Shown: positions 50,008 to 62,027 of the stretch, one piece after another
How positions within the stretch are numbered: position 1 is the stretch's first letter
Layout: every line of letters starts with the position of its first letter
DNA from: Phaeosaccion multiseriatum
Taxonomy: Eukaryota > Protista > Ochrophyta, other classes
NCBI GenBank assembly: GCA_965112735.1
Contig: OZ218953.1
Span: forward strand, 558,001-622,000
DNA: 64,000 nucleotides
Direction: 5' to 3'
Notes under the pieces: generated by a model
Told to the model about the DNA's origin: nothing
Database searches by the model: none
The model's input: only the letters and a program-made list of their open reading frames with translations
Made by a program: the position numbers and the translations under genes

Positions 50008-51542
50008 TCAGCTCTGCCCCCCCTCTCCCCCTCCTCCCTTGCCCTTTCTTCGCTTCCTCTTCTTCTTGCTCTTGCCGGCGCTGCTTCCTCCCCCGCCCCC
50101 CCCATCGCTTCCCTGCGGCGGCTGCGGCTTTCTCCCATCCGAACCCTTCGCCTTTGCCCCCTTGGCTGGGCCTGCCGAGGATGAGCTCGTGTCAGCCTTT
50201 GGTGTCTCTATGTTGCCCTTGGCCTTGGCCTTGCCCTTGCCTTTGCCCTTCTGTTTGCTGGCCTCGGCCCCCACTTGCTTGCCAGCAGCAGTACCTGTGG
50301 CTGGCCGCTTCTTTTTCCTCTGCTGCTGCTGCTCCTCGTCATCCTCGTCCGCATCAAACGACCTCCCCCGTTTGCTCGGACCCGCGTCACTGCCACTCTC
50401 ATCACTATCTGCCTCTTCCTGCTCATCACTCTCCCCCTCAGCGTAGTCATCATCATCCTCATCATCATCGTCGTCGTCGTCCCCCCCCGGGAACCCATTG
50501 AGCATACCCATACCCTTCATCATGTGCATCTGCTGCTCCATGGAGAGGTCGTCATAATCCAAGTCGTCCTCATCTTCTTCGTCGCTGCTGCCGCTGTACA
50601 TGCCCCCCCTTCCTCCGCCGACCATTGGACTCATCTGAACATAGCCTAAGAACAGGAGGAGGACAGGAGGAGGAGGAGGAGGAGGAGAGGTGGAGGAAGG
50701 GGGGGACATCAGGCCATCGTCGGCAGAGGGGGGGGGGAGTCTATAAAAGCTTCATTGTCCTCCCCTGCTGCCTTTCCTTGCCGTGCCTCGGACTAATCGA
50801 CTGACCGACTGACCGACCCACCGACCAATCCTCTGGTGTATGGAGGCCCGCACTCACCTGAAAGCCACACGGTCGCAACATCTTCTTCATCATCTTCATC
50901 CCCCCCCTCCTCGTTCAGTTCCTGCTTGCTCGCCATGGCGGACAAGCTCACCCACGTTTCCGAATCCCACGAGCTGACGGTATTGATCTGCAGGTTCTCC
51001 ATCTGAGGGCTGCGGAGGATGGCAAGCGGAAATTCTATGGGCTCGCCCTCTTGACTCTCGGTAGCCACGGACACTACATACGGCTTGCCCTCCACGCCAT
51101 TCATCAGCACGGCCTGTGGTACCAAGTCATGTCGGAGGGTGGAAAGGAGGGTTCGGTGTCGTTAGTGTCCACTGCCACACTTCAGATGTGGAGTGGTGCC
51201 GGAAATCATGGCGTCCTTATCGGTGGAGAGAGCTCGAAGACTAAGAGAGATGCCTTGTCATGCCCCCCCATCAATTAAAAGTGCCGGCGTCCAGACCTGC
51301 GTGATGGTTAGGATGTAGCCCTGTGCGATGCCCAGCTCTTGAAGGGGCCCGTCCATTTCCAGCTCCAATGCTATTGTGCATAGGAGAAGGGAGAGAAGAG
51401 GGGCAAGCAGGGAGGATATTGGGCGGACAAGAGGTGTGAGGGAACGACGTACACACGTGAGTGGAGAAGCAAACAAGCCATCTGCAACGAACCCACAGTA
51501 AGACACAGATCTGGAGGACTCACCCCAGGAGGATATTGACAT
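50008..51542 (-). CDS. Nucleoplasmin-like (NPL) domain protein with acidic tract and basic NLS tail (histone-chaperone/nucleolar type)
   Basis: Exons 51542-51524, 51370-51297, 51113-50858, 50645-50008. Motifs W-ALEL...LTITQAVL...FPLAILR...VWLSGY, then D/E tracts and KKKRKRRK. Confidence 0.75.
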
Positions 51543-51699
51543 GGTGATTGGAGGAGGGGAGAGGCAGAAGAGAGAGAGGAACGATAAAGAAAGAAATGCG
51601 TCTAACGCACTGGAGCTTAAACTACAGTTACAAATTTGGCCGGGCAAGGGGGGCGCGAGCTCAGCCTGCCGGCTTTGTGTGAGTTGGTCATCGTGCGAC

Positions 51700-54600
51700 A
51701 TGACCACGACCGCGTCGGGTGTGTTTGTGCCCCGCCTTGGGCTCAGCAGTGCTCTTACGCTTGAGTCGGAGGAGAGCAGTATCTGGAGGAGCCTGGCAAA
51801 GACGCATGGCACACCTCACTCGCCCGACTCTGTAAAGCCTCAGCCGTATCCTCCGCAGCAGCCAGCGCTCGCGGCTGCTCATGGCAAGGGAAGGAAGGGC
51901 CAGTGGAGAAGCGCGCATGGGGGGGCGGGTGCTCCTGGGGGGGCAAGCAACAACGCTGGGTCTTACGTCCCTCCCCGCCTCATTCAGTATCTTCAAGAAA
52001 AGGAAGGGGAGGAGGTTGTCGGCAAGAGCTCGGAGCAAGGACACAGTTTGACCGGCAGAACGAGTGTCAGGGACGGCCACCATGTCGAGGGAGCTGGAAC
52101 CTTCACGCACCGCAGCGTCAGTATGGCAGAAGCAGTTCGCGTCCCACAGCACCAGGCACTCCAGAGGAGGAAGAAGCGGCCAAGGCCCATAGAGGCATAC
52201 ACCGGAGGGCTCTCCAGGCAGCACCAAGATTCCTTTGCCACACTCTGGGATGCGCTAGCAGCGGGGGAACAAGGTGTAGCAGCAGCAGTGGAAGGAGGAG
52301 AAGTGGATGGGGGGGAGTCCACACTCCTCAATACGGACATATGCGTGCCCAGCCCGCCCCCGAGCATCCAGAATCGCGAGAGTCTGGAAGAGGTCGACGT
52401 GGACAGGACTGGAGCAAAGACCCAGCGGCGTGGTCTGGGCGCCAATCTCCCAGCAGAGACAGCGGCACATGTGTTCCTCACGCAGCGTAAGGTCCACGAA
52501 GACGGAGCAGGCAGGCGCATCAATGAAGCGGCGGCGGCAGCACTTTCAGCAGCGAGGGGAGAGGCACCCGAGATGGCTACTTGGATCGAACGGATGAGCG
52601 TATTCCCGGGGGTGTCTGGAGGCTTGAGTGGCAGGGGAAAGGTGAGGAGCAGGCCACCAATTTCGGCTCTGTGCGTGACCAGTCAAGGCACTACTTCGAG
52701 AGTCAACGACATGTGCTCTAACCCAAGTGCTCGACTGCTTCTCCTGCCTCGCTTGACTTTATTCACATACCCAACTACCCACAGGCCATCGCCCTCGGCG
52801 AGGCAGGGAGACGCATGCTGGAGCAAGCGCAGGCAGACTCTCAGCAACACAGGCTTGTGATCGACTCCCTCATCCAGGACAAGGGCACTGCTCTAGAGTG
52901 AGTGGGAAAGAGACTGAGACAGGGAGAGAGAGAGGAGGGATACAGCGCTGAGGAAGCCCTTCTGCTCTCCTCTATGTGGTCTGCCTTCGCGTCCCGTGTG
53001 CCTGCATGTGTGCGTTCGTCTCCTCACCTCACAGGGGGTCTCCCTCCCTCCCTCCCTCCCTCCCTCCCTCCCTCCCTCCGTAGGTGGTGGACGGGAGAGG
53101 CCGTGTGCAAGTCGCTGGAGGCGCTGTTGAGCGAAGAGGGTCACGTGCATCAGTTCCTCCTCGGAGAGATCGTCAAGCAAGAGCGGCAGACGTGCAGGTA
53201 AGCGAACATCCTCGCCCCTCGTCCTTCAGCCCGGCCCCGCCTCTATCAACCCCCCCCCCCACTCACCCCCAACCCTCAACCCCAAAACGCCACCCCCACC
53301 CCACACCCAGGGAACGCGCCGCCCAGCTCAGTGCTGTGCAAGGCTACTACCGACACATGATGGAGGAAGTGTTGAGACACTGTGTGCTGCTGAGCAACAC
53401 CATGAGAGACATGGCGGACAGGCAAAGAGCTATGGAGGAGGAGACGGAGCAACTCATCGCGCTGGCCAGGGTGCTTAGGGAGCACGGGGCGGAGGACTGG
53501 AGCAAGAAGCTCGATGACCTGTTGCTGCGCATCAGCAGGAAGAAGGGGCTGCCCGGAGGAGGAGGGGATGCAAGGGAAGGGAGGGACGGAAGCGCTTCCG
53601 AGGGAAAGAGCAGGTAAGCAGGCAGGAGGAGGAGGAGGAGGAGGAGGAGGAGGAGGAGGAGGAGGAGGAGGAGGAGGAGGAGGAGGAGGAGCCGAAACGA
53701 ACCGACAACCCCATCCATCTATCCCTCCATCTATTCCATCCGTTCCCATTGCCATAGGTCTACTGCCCCCCCCCCTCTTGAACCCCCGCCGCCACCACCC
53801 TTCATCATCCTCTCTTGCTTCTCACTGCAGACTGGAAACGTGCCTAAAGGACGCGGAGAGCACCCACGAGAGACAGCAGCGGCAGTTGGTGATACAGGAA
53901 GGGGGGAATCCCGCCAGCAACGGCAACGACTGCATAACCGGGAACGGGATGGGTGTGACGCGACGCATGGGAGTACTGGACGAGATGCTCCACGTCATCG
54001 AGCGAGAGAGACAGGTGGGTGGGTGGGTGGGTGGGTGGGTGCGTGCGTGGGTGCGTGCGTGCGTGGGTGCGTGAGGGCGTGGGTGCGAGTGAACGCTTGT
54101 GCTCACAACGGGATCACCCAGCTACTTTGAAACAAGCCGCTTCTCGCTCATGATGCTTCGCTGATAATACGCAAACTCGGCAACTCCTCCCCTCACCTCT
54201 CTCTCTCCCTCCCTCCTTTCCTTCCTCCCCCCCCCCTCCCAGGTGATGGCATCCATGCTGACCTTCCTTCGACTGGTGTCCACCCGTAAGATCCAGCGAT
54301 GGTACCGGCGAATGCAGGACTGGAAGATGGACAGGGAGGTGGAGCGTTACAGCGTCACTCTCATTCAAAAGAGGGTACGCGGCATGGCGGGGCGGAAGCG
54401 ATTCAAGCAGGTGCGTGGGTGCGTGGATGCGTGGGTGCGTGGGTGCGTGGGGGCGTGGGGGCGTGGGGGCGTGCGTGTGTGTATGTATGTGTGCGTGGGT
54501 ACGTGTGTGGTGAGTGAGTGGGTACGTGCGTGCATGGGGGACAGGTCGACATCGATACGAGGAGTCTAATATGAGTGATTAGGGGTAGACAGACCCTGGA

Positions 54601-56399
54601 GGGAGGGGCAGCGGTTGTGGCGGGGAAGAAACTGAGATGCGGGTGCCTTGATTGATTTGATACGCCTCCATACACATGTTTGTGTGTGTGTATTTGCTCG
54701 TTTCTCTCCGCCCACTTCCGGCCCGCTCCTCTCCTCTCCTCTCCTCTCTTCTCCTCTCCTCTCCTCTCCTCTCCTCTCCTCTCCTCTCCTCTCCTCTCCT
54801 CTCCTCTCCTCTCCTCTCCTCTCCTCTCCTCTCCTCTCCTCTCCTCTCCTCTCCTCTCCTCTCCTCTCCTCTCCTCTCCTCTCCTCTCCTCTCCTCTCCT
54901 CTCCTCTCCTCTCCTCTCCTCTCCTCTCCTCTCCTCTCCTCTCCTCCCCTCCCCTCCCCTCCCCTCCCCTCCCCTCCCCTCCCCTCCCCTCTCCTCCCCT
55001 CCCCTCTCCTCCCCTCCCCTCTCCTCCTCTCCCCTCCCCTCTCCTCCCCTCTCCTCTCCTCTCCTCTCCTTTCCTCTCCTCTCCTCTCCTCTCCTCTCCT
55101 CTCCTCTCCTCCCCTCTCCTCTCACCCCTCTGTCCCTACTATCCTATCACGCTGCTTCTCTCTCTATCCCATTCTCATCAGATCAAAGAGCTGAGAGAGA
55201 AGACGACTGCGGCCACCCAGCTGCAGCGCATGGAGCGGGGCCGTCAGGCAAAGCTCAAGCTGACCATCAGGCTGTCTATTGAGAGACGTCGTATGCACGC
55301 CCTGCTGTTGGCTGTGGAGAGGAGGTTAGGGGGGGTAGAGGAAGCCGTGGCAGTGGGCATCAAGAGCATGAAGAACGCTGATGAGGAGGAAGATGATGAT
55401 GACTGTGATGGTGATGATGGTGCTGCTGCGTCCCCGCGATGCGATAACGATGAAGGCGAGGACAAAGACGAGGAGAAGGGCGAGGATATGGGAAAGGATG
55501 AGGGCGGCAAGGAGGAGCCGAAGCTGCCCTTGTGTAAAGAGGAGGACGACGAATGCACCGGTGAGGCAGGAGATGTAGCTGGAGGGGCAGGGGGGGTGGG
55601 AGGGAGCAAGGAGGAGAGAGAGGGCCAGGCGGCGTCTGTAGCCTTCGCAGAAGGAGCAGGCAGCGATGGACCGCAGCAGCAACTGCAGCAGTTGGTGATA
55701 CAGCACCAGCAAGACCCCCCTAGGGAGGCAGGGGCGGCAGGGGCGGCAGGGGAGGCATGGGAGGCATGGGAGGCACATGGCTTGGAGTGCCCCCGTCCAA
55801 CCCTATCGAGCACATCCGTCGCCGCGCTCATCGCCGCTGGAGGTACCTACCACCACCACCAGCAGCAGCAGCAGTTGGTGATACGCCTCCACCACTGCCA
55901 GAAGCCGCAGGAGAGGGCCGTCGCCATGGGTCAGCGGCTGAAGGCAGTGGAAGAGACACTTCGCCAGCTGCTCCTGCAACACGCGCTCGACAAGGTCAAG
56001 TGGGAAGCCGACGCCAAGGGGAAGGAGTTGGAGATAGAGAAGCTTCGGAGACAGCTGTCGAGGGTCCAACACCCGCACGGGGGACGAGGCAACAGACGAG
56101 GCAGCGCCTTTCACTTCCCCAACGCTCTCTCCGGAGGCTCCTCGTCGCCGCCAAGCAGCAGTCATCAGTCCTTCTCGCCCCCCACGAGCCCGAGCGCGAG
56201 TCAATCGCCTCCTCCCCGCCGTGGTTCGAATCTTCAGTCGCCCACTGCATCTAGCAGCAGCAGGCGGCGTAGCGTGTCCCCTGCGGGTTACACGGCAGCT
56301 GCGAGGAGGTGGAGCGTCGCGAGAGGCTCCGTTCGCGGCGGCTCCTTCTCTTCTTATTCTTCTTCTTCGTTTGCAGATCGTACGGCGGCTCCAACTGCG

Positions 56400-56436
<37 letters not shown>

Positions 56437-58511
56437 GTGGTGGTGGTGGTGGTGGTTGCGTTTCTCCCTCCTCTTCTTCGTCTTCTTTCTTCCCTTCTGC
56501 CACTGTTGAAGCGGGCATGGAAGGGGGAGGGAGGGAAGCGGGAAGCGACAGCATTGGCCAAACTATCTCCGATTGTGGATCCGAGCTCAAGGAACCTCTC
56601 CGTGAGTCGACAGCGGAAGACTCGGGGGGGGATACCGACGAAGCGAAAGAAGAGGCAGGACTGGTCAAAGCACCAGCTGCAGCTGTTGGTCATACCCCAG
56701 CAATGGCAATGGCGGAAATAGTTTTGGCGACAGCAGAGCCCTCCCTGACATCGGGGGAGGCGGAAGGTACTGGAGGGGGCTTCAGCTGGAGCCCGGTGGC
56801 TGCGCCACCAGGCTCAGGCTCAGTTTCAGTGTCAGAGTCAGAGCCGGCCGACGTCTCCGCAGGATCACCCAGAAGAAGAGGGGATGAGGGCAGAGTGGAG
56901 AAGACCCAGGGGGGAGGCGGGACACCAGCCTCTGCGGCGGCTGCTACAACTGTATCACCAACTGCTGCGTCTACGGGTGAGAGAGGGAGAGCCCGCGGGA
57001 GTCTGGGAGGGCAAACTCATACTGAGGAGCGAAATACAGGCTATGCCCAACACGCCCAAGGAGAGAGGAGAAAGTCAAAGTCTCCTCCGCAGCGGATCGA
57101 GAGCGGTCAGAGTGAGGCAGCGCAGCCCCGAGGTCAAGCCCGCAAGAGTCTCGGAGGAGGGCACCTGGAGGAGGGTAAGGCGTCCCACCACACCCAAGGC
57201 CAAGGCCAAGGCCAAGCAAAGAGGAGTTCCATGTCACCACCGCCAGCAAAGGCCCACGCAGCGAAGCGATCGTCAACGTCCACCTCTCCACCGCGTCGGA
57301 GAGGGAGCGTGGAGGCGGCCCAGGCCCAAGCAGCGAGGAGGGCATCAAGAGGGTCAGTGTCACCGCCGACGAACTCTCCTCCGCGTCAAAGAGGCAGCGT
57401 GGCAGCGCAAGAGAGGAGATCCAGTAGCAAGCGTATGAGCGCTGGTGGAAGAGCCGCCAAAGCCCATGCTTCTTCCTCTTCCCCTGTCCGTGTGGATGCT
57501 GCTGGCGTATCATCAACTGCTGCTGCGGCAGCTGCTGCTGATGCTTCTGCTACTGATGCTTCTACGGTGGTGTCTTCTTCTGGCGGCGCGGAGGTAGAGA
57601 GGGGAGAGGAAGAGAGGGGAGAGTGTGCTGCAGAGGGGGCGAAGGCGGCAGGCGGGGGAAGGGCAGGAGAGAGGGGGGAGACAGAGGGAGCAGGGGGGGG
57701 AGGAGGAGGAACGGGGGAAGAGGCATCTCAGGAGGTCAGGGGCGGCAGCACTGAGAGCGACAGGCTCGGGCAGGGGAAGGATGGGAAGGAAGAAGAAAGA
57801 GCTGTCACTGGCAAGGAGGCAGACAGCGAGCAGACGGGGGTCAGTGCCAGTCGAGAGGGGAGTCCGCATCAGGCCATGAATGAGGAACAGCAGCGGTTGG
57901 TGATACAGCGCCAGCAGCAGAAGGAGGAGGGAGACGCAGGGCAGCAGCAGGTCGACGATAACAATGCCTCGCCCGCCCGCCGTAGTTCTCGCCGCCGCCC
58001 CTCGGGCTCCCTCGGGTCTTCGCCGCCTTCTCCCAGAGGGGTGGGCGGCGGAGGCTCTGGCAATGGTGGTGGCAGTGATGTGTCGCGGAGGGGGACGACT
58101 AAGCAGACGAGTGCAGGCAGTGGTAGTAGCAGCAGCCGTGTGGTAGGCGGCGGTGGTGGCGGCGGTGGCAGAGTCACGGAGGCGGCGGCAAAACGTCGTT
58201 CGGTGGTCAGCAATCAGGGCGGTCCACTGGCAGCAGGGCCTTCCTCAGGGGCATCAGGAGGAGCAAGGAGGAAGAAGAAGGCGCCGTCCTTCCGCCTGGA
58301 CGCGGCTGCGGGGGGAGATCTCCTTGCCCTGCAGCGCCAATTGTTGAGAGAAGGTCCCATCCCCCCCCCGGAGATGATGCGCCCCCTCGGGTCCATCACA
58401 GTTGGCGGTGAGGCACAGAGGATAAAAAGTGGAGAAGAAGTAGCCCCCCGGGGGGTGGCGCAGGAGGAGCAGCAGAAGGAGGACAAGCAGCAGCAGGAGG
58501 AGGCCGAGTAG
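51700..58511 (+). CDS. IQ calmodulin-binding motif / coiled-coil protein with long disordered C-terminus
   Basis: Exons 51700-52641, 52785-52897, 53084-53197, 53311-53613, 53831-54014, 54243-54410, 55182-58511, in frame. IQ motifs KIQRWYR, LIQKRVRGMAGRKRF, QLQRMERGRQAK. Confidence 0.75.
54727..55120. repeat. (CTCCT)n/(CTCCC)n pentanucleotide satellite in the intron 3' region
   Basis: About 390 bp of pure pyrimidine repeat upstream of the acceptor at 55181. Confidence 0.95.
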
Positions 58512-59165
58512 CGGAGGCAGGAGGAGGGGGGGGGGGTGGCTTTGCTACAGACCACCGGAGAGGCTTGGTGACGCCCGTCTTGGAGGTGAAGGAGGGAAGG
58601 GAGGGTGCTTCGTCAGCTCCCGCGGCGCTACTCAAGCCCTGACGCGGCAGTGGCGGCGGCTGCTGCTTCTGCTGGTGGTTGACTTGTGGTGACGGTAGTG
58701 CTGCTACTACCTTCGCAGCGACCAGCACCGGTCTATCTCCGCGGTGATACGAGAGCTCACGGCCGCTGCTTCTGATGTCCTTCTCCCTTCTTGTCTGCCT
58801 GGATGTCTAGTTCTTTTACCTCCGATCCTCGCGGCCTGACGCCACGTATGTTTACTTTCAGCTTTCAGTGGTTTTGGTTTTAGAGAACCTCAAGTATATG
58901 AAGAGACTCCATGATTTGCACGCTCGTCTGGGTGAGTGATGGAGACTTGTGGCTGCGGTTGGCCACTGGTGTCGCTGTTGAGGCATGGAGGACGAGAGCA
59001 GCGAGGAGAAAGCCGCTCCCTCTAACGGTTTCTCTCATCTCGCCCTCAACTCTGGAGTAGAATTCGACGGAAACGTCACAGATGGTAGAGCCGGCAAGAG
59101 AGCTCCCCCCTCTCTTGCCCAAAAACTCTACTCAAGCCGGAGAGTGATATATTCTACATGAGGAT

Positions 59166-61808
59166 TTACTCCTCTCCCTCCTTCTCCTCCTTCAGGCCTG
59201 CCCGTGCCGCCTCCCTCCCCCGTCGCTCCCCCTCTCCCAGAACGTGGGACAAGACGCCGTGGAGTGTGTTAACCTCCTTCTCAGTCAGCTCGGCCCTCAC
59301 CACGAGGCGACGCAGAGTGCACCGCAACAACTCCAGCCTCTCCGGCTTGAGAGTGAGCTTGAGCCCTTGCTCTGACCCGTCCTCCCTCACCACCCCCATG
59401 GCTACCTCACACCTCCTCAGCAGATTGTTGATCCCTTGCTGCGTGACCAGCTGCCCACCCTTCGTGTCTCCGATAATGAGCTGCACCCCCGGAGCACTGA
59501 GACTATCAATGGATCTCGGAGGAGGGACCTCGTCCGCAACTTCCCTGCTGCTCTTCCTCCTACTACTACTGCCGATGCGGCTGCTGCTACTTCCGTCTCC
59601 TAGGGCTTCCTCTCGCCCGCTGCCCCCCTCCAGTGCTCCGTGCCGTTTTGCTTGTGCTTGGGCCGCCTCTTCGGCCGCGGCGGCCTTGGCGTACGTTTCC
59701 CAAATGCGCGACCCCAGAATATTCACAGCCATGGCCAAGTTGAGGCTGTGTGTAACGTCGTAAGGTCAAAGCAGTGGGCGAGAGCATATGTGCATGTGAG
59801 TGTGAGTGTGTGTGTGTGTGCTCGTTCGTTGCTGGCACTGGCGCGACTCGCACGTGGTGTCACGAGCCAACAGAGGCAAATGAGGCAATACAGAGAGAGA
59901 GGAGAGAGAGGCAGGAGAGAGACAGGGGCACACAGAGGAACAGAGAAAGAGACGGACAGACAGAGTCGACCCCTTCACCTTGCAAAGAAAGGGTTGCTGG
60001 GAATCTGGATGATATAGCCTGCGTAGCTCAGGTCTTGGCTGTAGGGACGGGACAGCGCGACGAGTGAAGGGGCAGGTGGTACACCACAAAGCGAAGAGGT
60101 CGGGCAGAAATCGTATAAAAGTAGGCGGTTAGTTCACGGATAGGGAGGAGGGCAAGGGGGGGGGGGGGGCGGAAAAAGGGAGAGGGGAGAGTGAGTCACA
60201 CAGAGCCGCGCTCGCTTAAGTCAGCAAAGCAAACGCTTGTTTATTGTCCCATCCTCCAGCCCAGCCTTCCCTGCCCTACACATTCTCACTTGGACAAGCC
60301 GGTGCTCTCCGGCCCGAACATGACAACCGAAGATGGGGTCAGCGCCGGCCTCGAGGGGGGTACATGGCCGCCCTCCTCCTCGTCCCCACGCCCTTCCTCC
60401 CGCCTCTGATGTATCACCAACTGCTGCTGCTGCTGCTGCTGCTCATGCTGCTCATGCTGCTTCTTTGTCTTGAGCATGCCATCCACGATGAGCTGCGCGC
60501 CCAAGGCCGTGTCGCAAAGCCTCTGCGTAATGTCTCTTCCCCGAAAGGCACTCGCCGCGAACACGGACTCCACGTCTGCTGTGGCGGAGGGAATATCGGG
60601 AAACACTTCGGCATTCTCGAGCACCTCCACTGCTCCGACGGACATCCACCTTGCCTCGTCGCTGCATGCAGACAGAGCACAACGTCGGAAGATGGGGGAG
60701 GGAGGGAGGAAGGGTTGGGTATAGAGTTGCCCCATTCACATGCACATGTGTGCGCTTTTCGATGGATTCAGCGGAGAAGGCACGACACCCACGCCGAGAA
60801 GCCTCTCTGCCTTCCTCTCCAGTGCCACCATGTATACGTAAGCACGTCGTCGACGAAGAAGCCCGAAGAGAGGAAAGAAGTGACCTTCTCTCTCACCTGA
60901 GCGGATCGACCTCCGGCGCCACTATTCGCAGCCTCGTCATTCCGAAGCAGAGCATACCGCGGGCCACGGCTCCAATGTTCTCCGCGGCTGTGTGGGGGAT
61001 GGCGGGGGGGGGTGCGTTGGGACAGATGAGAGAGGGAGAGAGGGGGGTGGAGGAGGTGGATGGGGGGCACAGTACGAAGGTGATTGATTCGCAAGCCCCA
61101 GCAGCGAGAAGAAACGTAGCCCGGTTCCATCCGGCGCCGACCACACTCACTTTGGGGCCGCACCAGCACGACGATAGGATGCAAGGGATAATCTCGCCTG
61201 CTTGTGGGGAACACCTCCGACTTTGGCACTCTGTACTTTCCCACTGTCGCCACAAAGCCCCCCTCTGAAGGCTGCCCCCCCCCTCGCGCCCCTCCGGTGA
61301 CTCGGTCATCCACCCCCACTTCACCATTCCCATCGACCTGCCCCCCCTCTGCAATGCCGTCGGCGTCGCTAATCACGTAGAAGTGTTTGCCGACCTGGCG
61401 CCCCCGGCAGCGGCTGCATGTCTTGCTTAGCGCTTGGCTCCGTTCGGCAGCGGCGGCCTCACTCATGTTGAACTTCTTGCCCAAGCGGCGTCCCCTACAA
61501 CGGTCGCACCCCTGCGAGTATTCCTGTTGCGCAGCCTCATCAGCAGCGGCAGCGGCAGCGGCAGTAGACGGAGCCTCTGCCGCCGATGACAATAAAGGCC
61601 GGGCCAGCCTCCCTACCACTAATGATGGTGTCGACGTCGCAGACAGCCAACCCCTCCTTGAAGTCGACAGTGACCCCGACGAACAAGGAAGCCTTCTTGA
61701 GCTTCCCACTACAAGAGCGAAGGCCTCTGTGCGAACCGCGCCTTGTTGCCACTCGAATAAGAGCGCCAGGCAAGCGAGCCGCCGCGAATGCGCCCTCCTC
61801 GACTTCAT
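59166..61808 (-). CDS. trmJ: SPOUT-family TrmJ/LasT tRNA 2'-O-methyltransferase, probably plastid-targeted
   Basis: Exons 61808-61151, 60987-60897, 60661-60290, 60038-59979, 59745-59166. Motifs VVLVRPQTAENIGAVARGMLCFG, VMFGPESTGLS, IQIPSNPFFASLNLAMAV, EKEVNTLHGVL. Presequence ...RTEA-FAL. Confidence 0.88.
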
Positions 61809-62027
61809 CGACCACTCCGACCTCCGACCCCTCCTCCTTCTGCTGTCCCGCTACCTCTGCTGTACAGCTCCTGCTGCTCCTCCTCCTGCTTCTCCTTATC
61901 CTCCTCGAGAAATGAAAAAGAAGGAGGGGCCAAACACGTCCCATTGCCTTATGATTGGCCGATCCGACGACGGCGAGCTGTGACTTCAAACGGCTCAAGA
62001 CGCGAGACAGGGTCCGAAGGGGGGGAG

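Larger units (their letters stand above)
1628..60424. other. Dispersed intragenic motif CAGTTGGTGATA(CAG), at least 14 exact 12-mer copies
   Basis: Exact copies near 1628, 14102, 14850, 24798, 30603, 31502, 34027, 38702, 39566, 53882, 55688, 55871, 56950 and 60410. Variants at 14081, 14767, 32435, 39590, 39614, 56682, 57507 and 57893. The span gives the first and last copy, not a continuous element. Confidence 0.9.
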
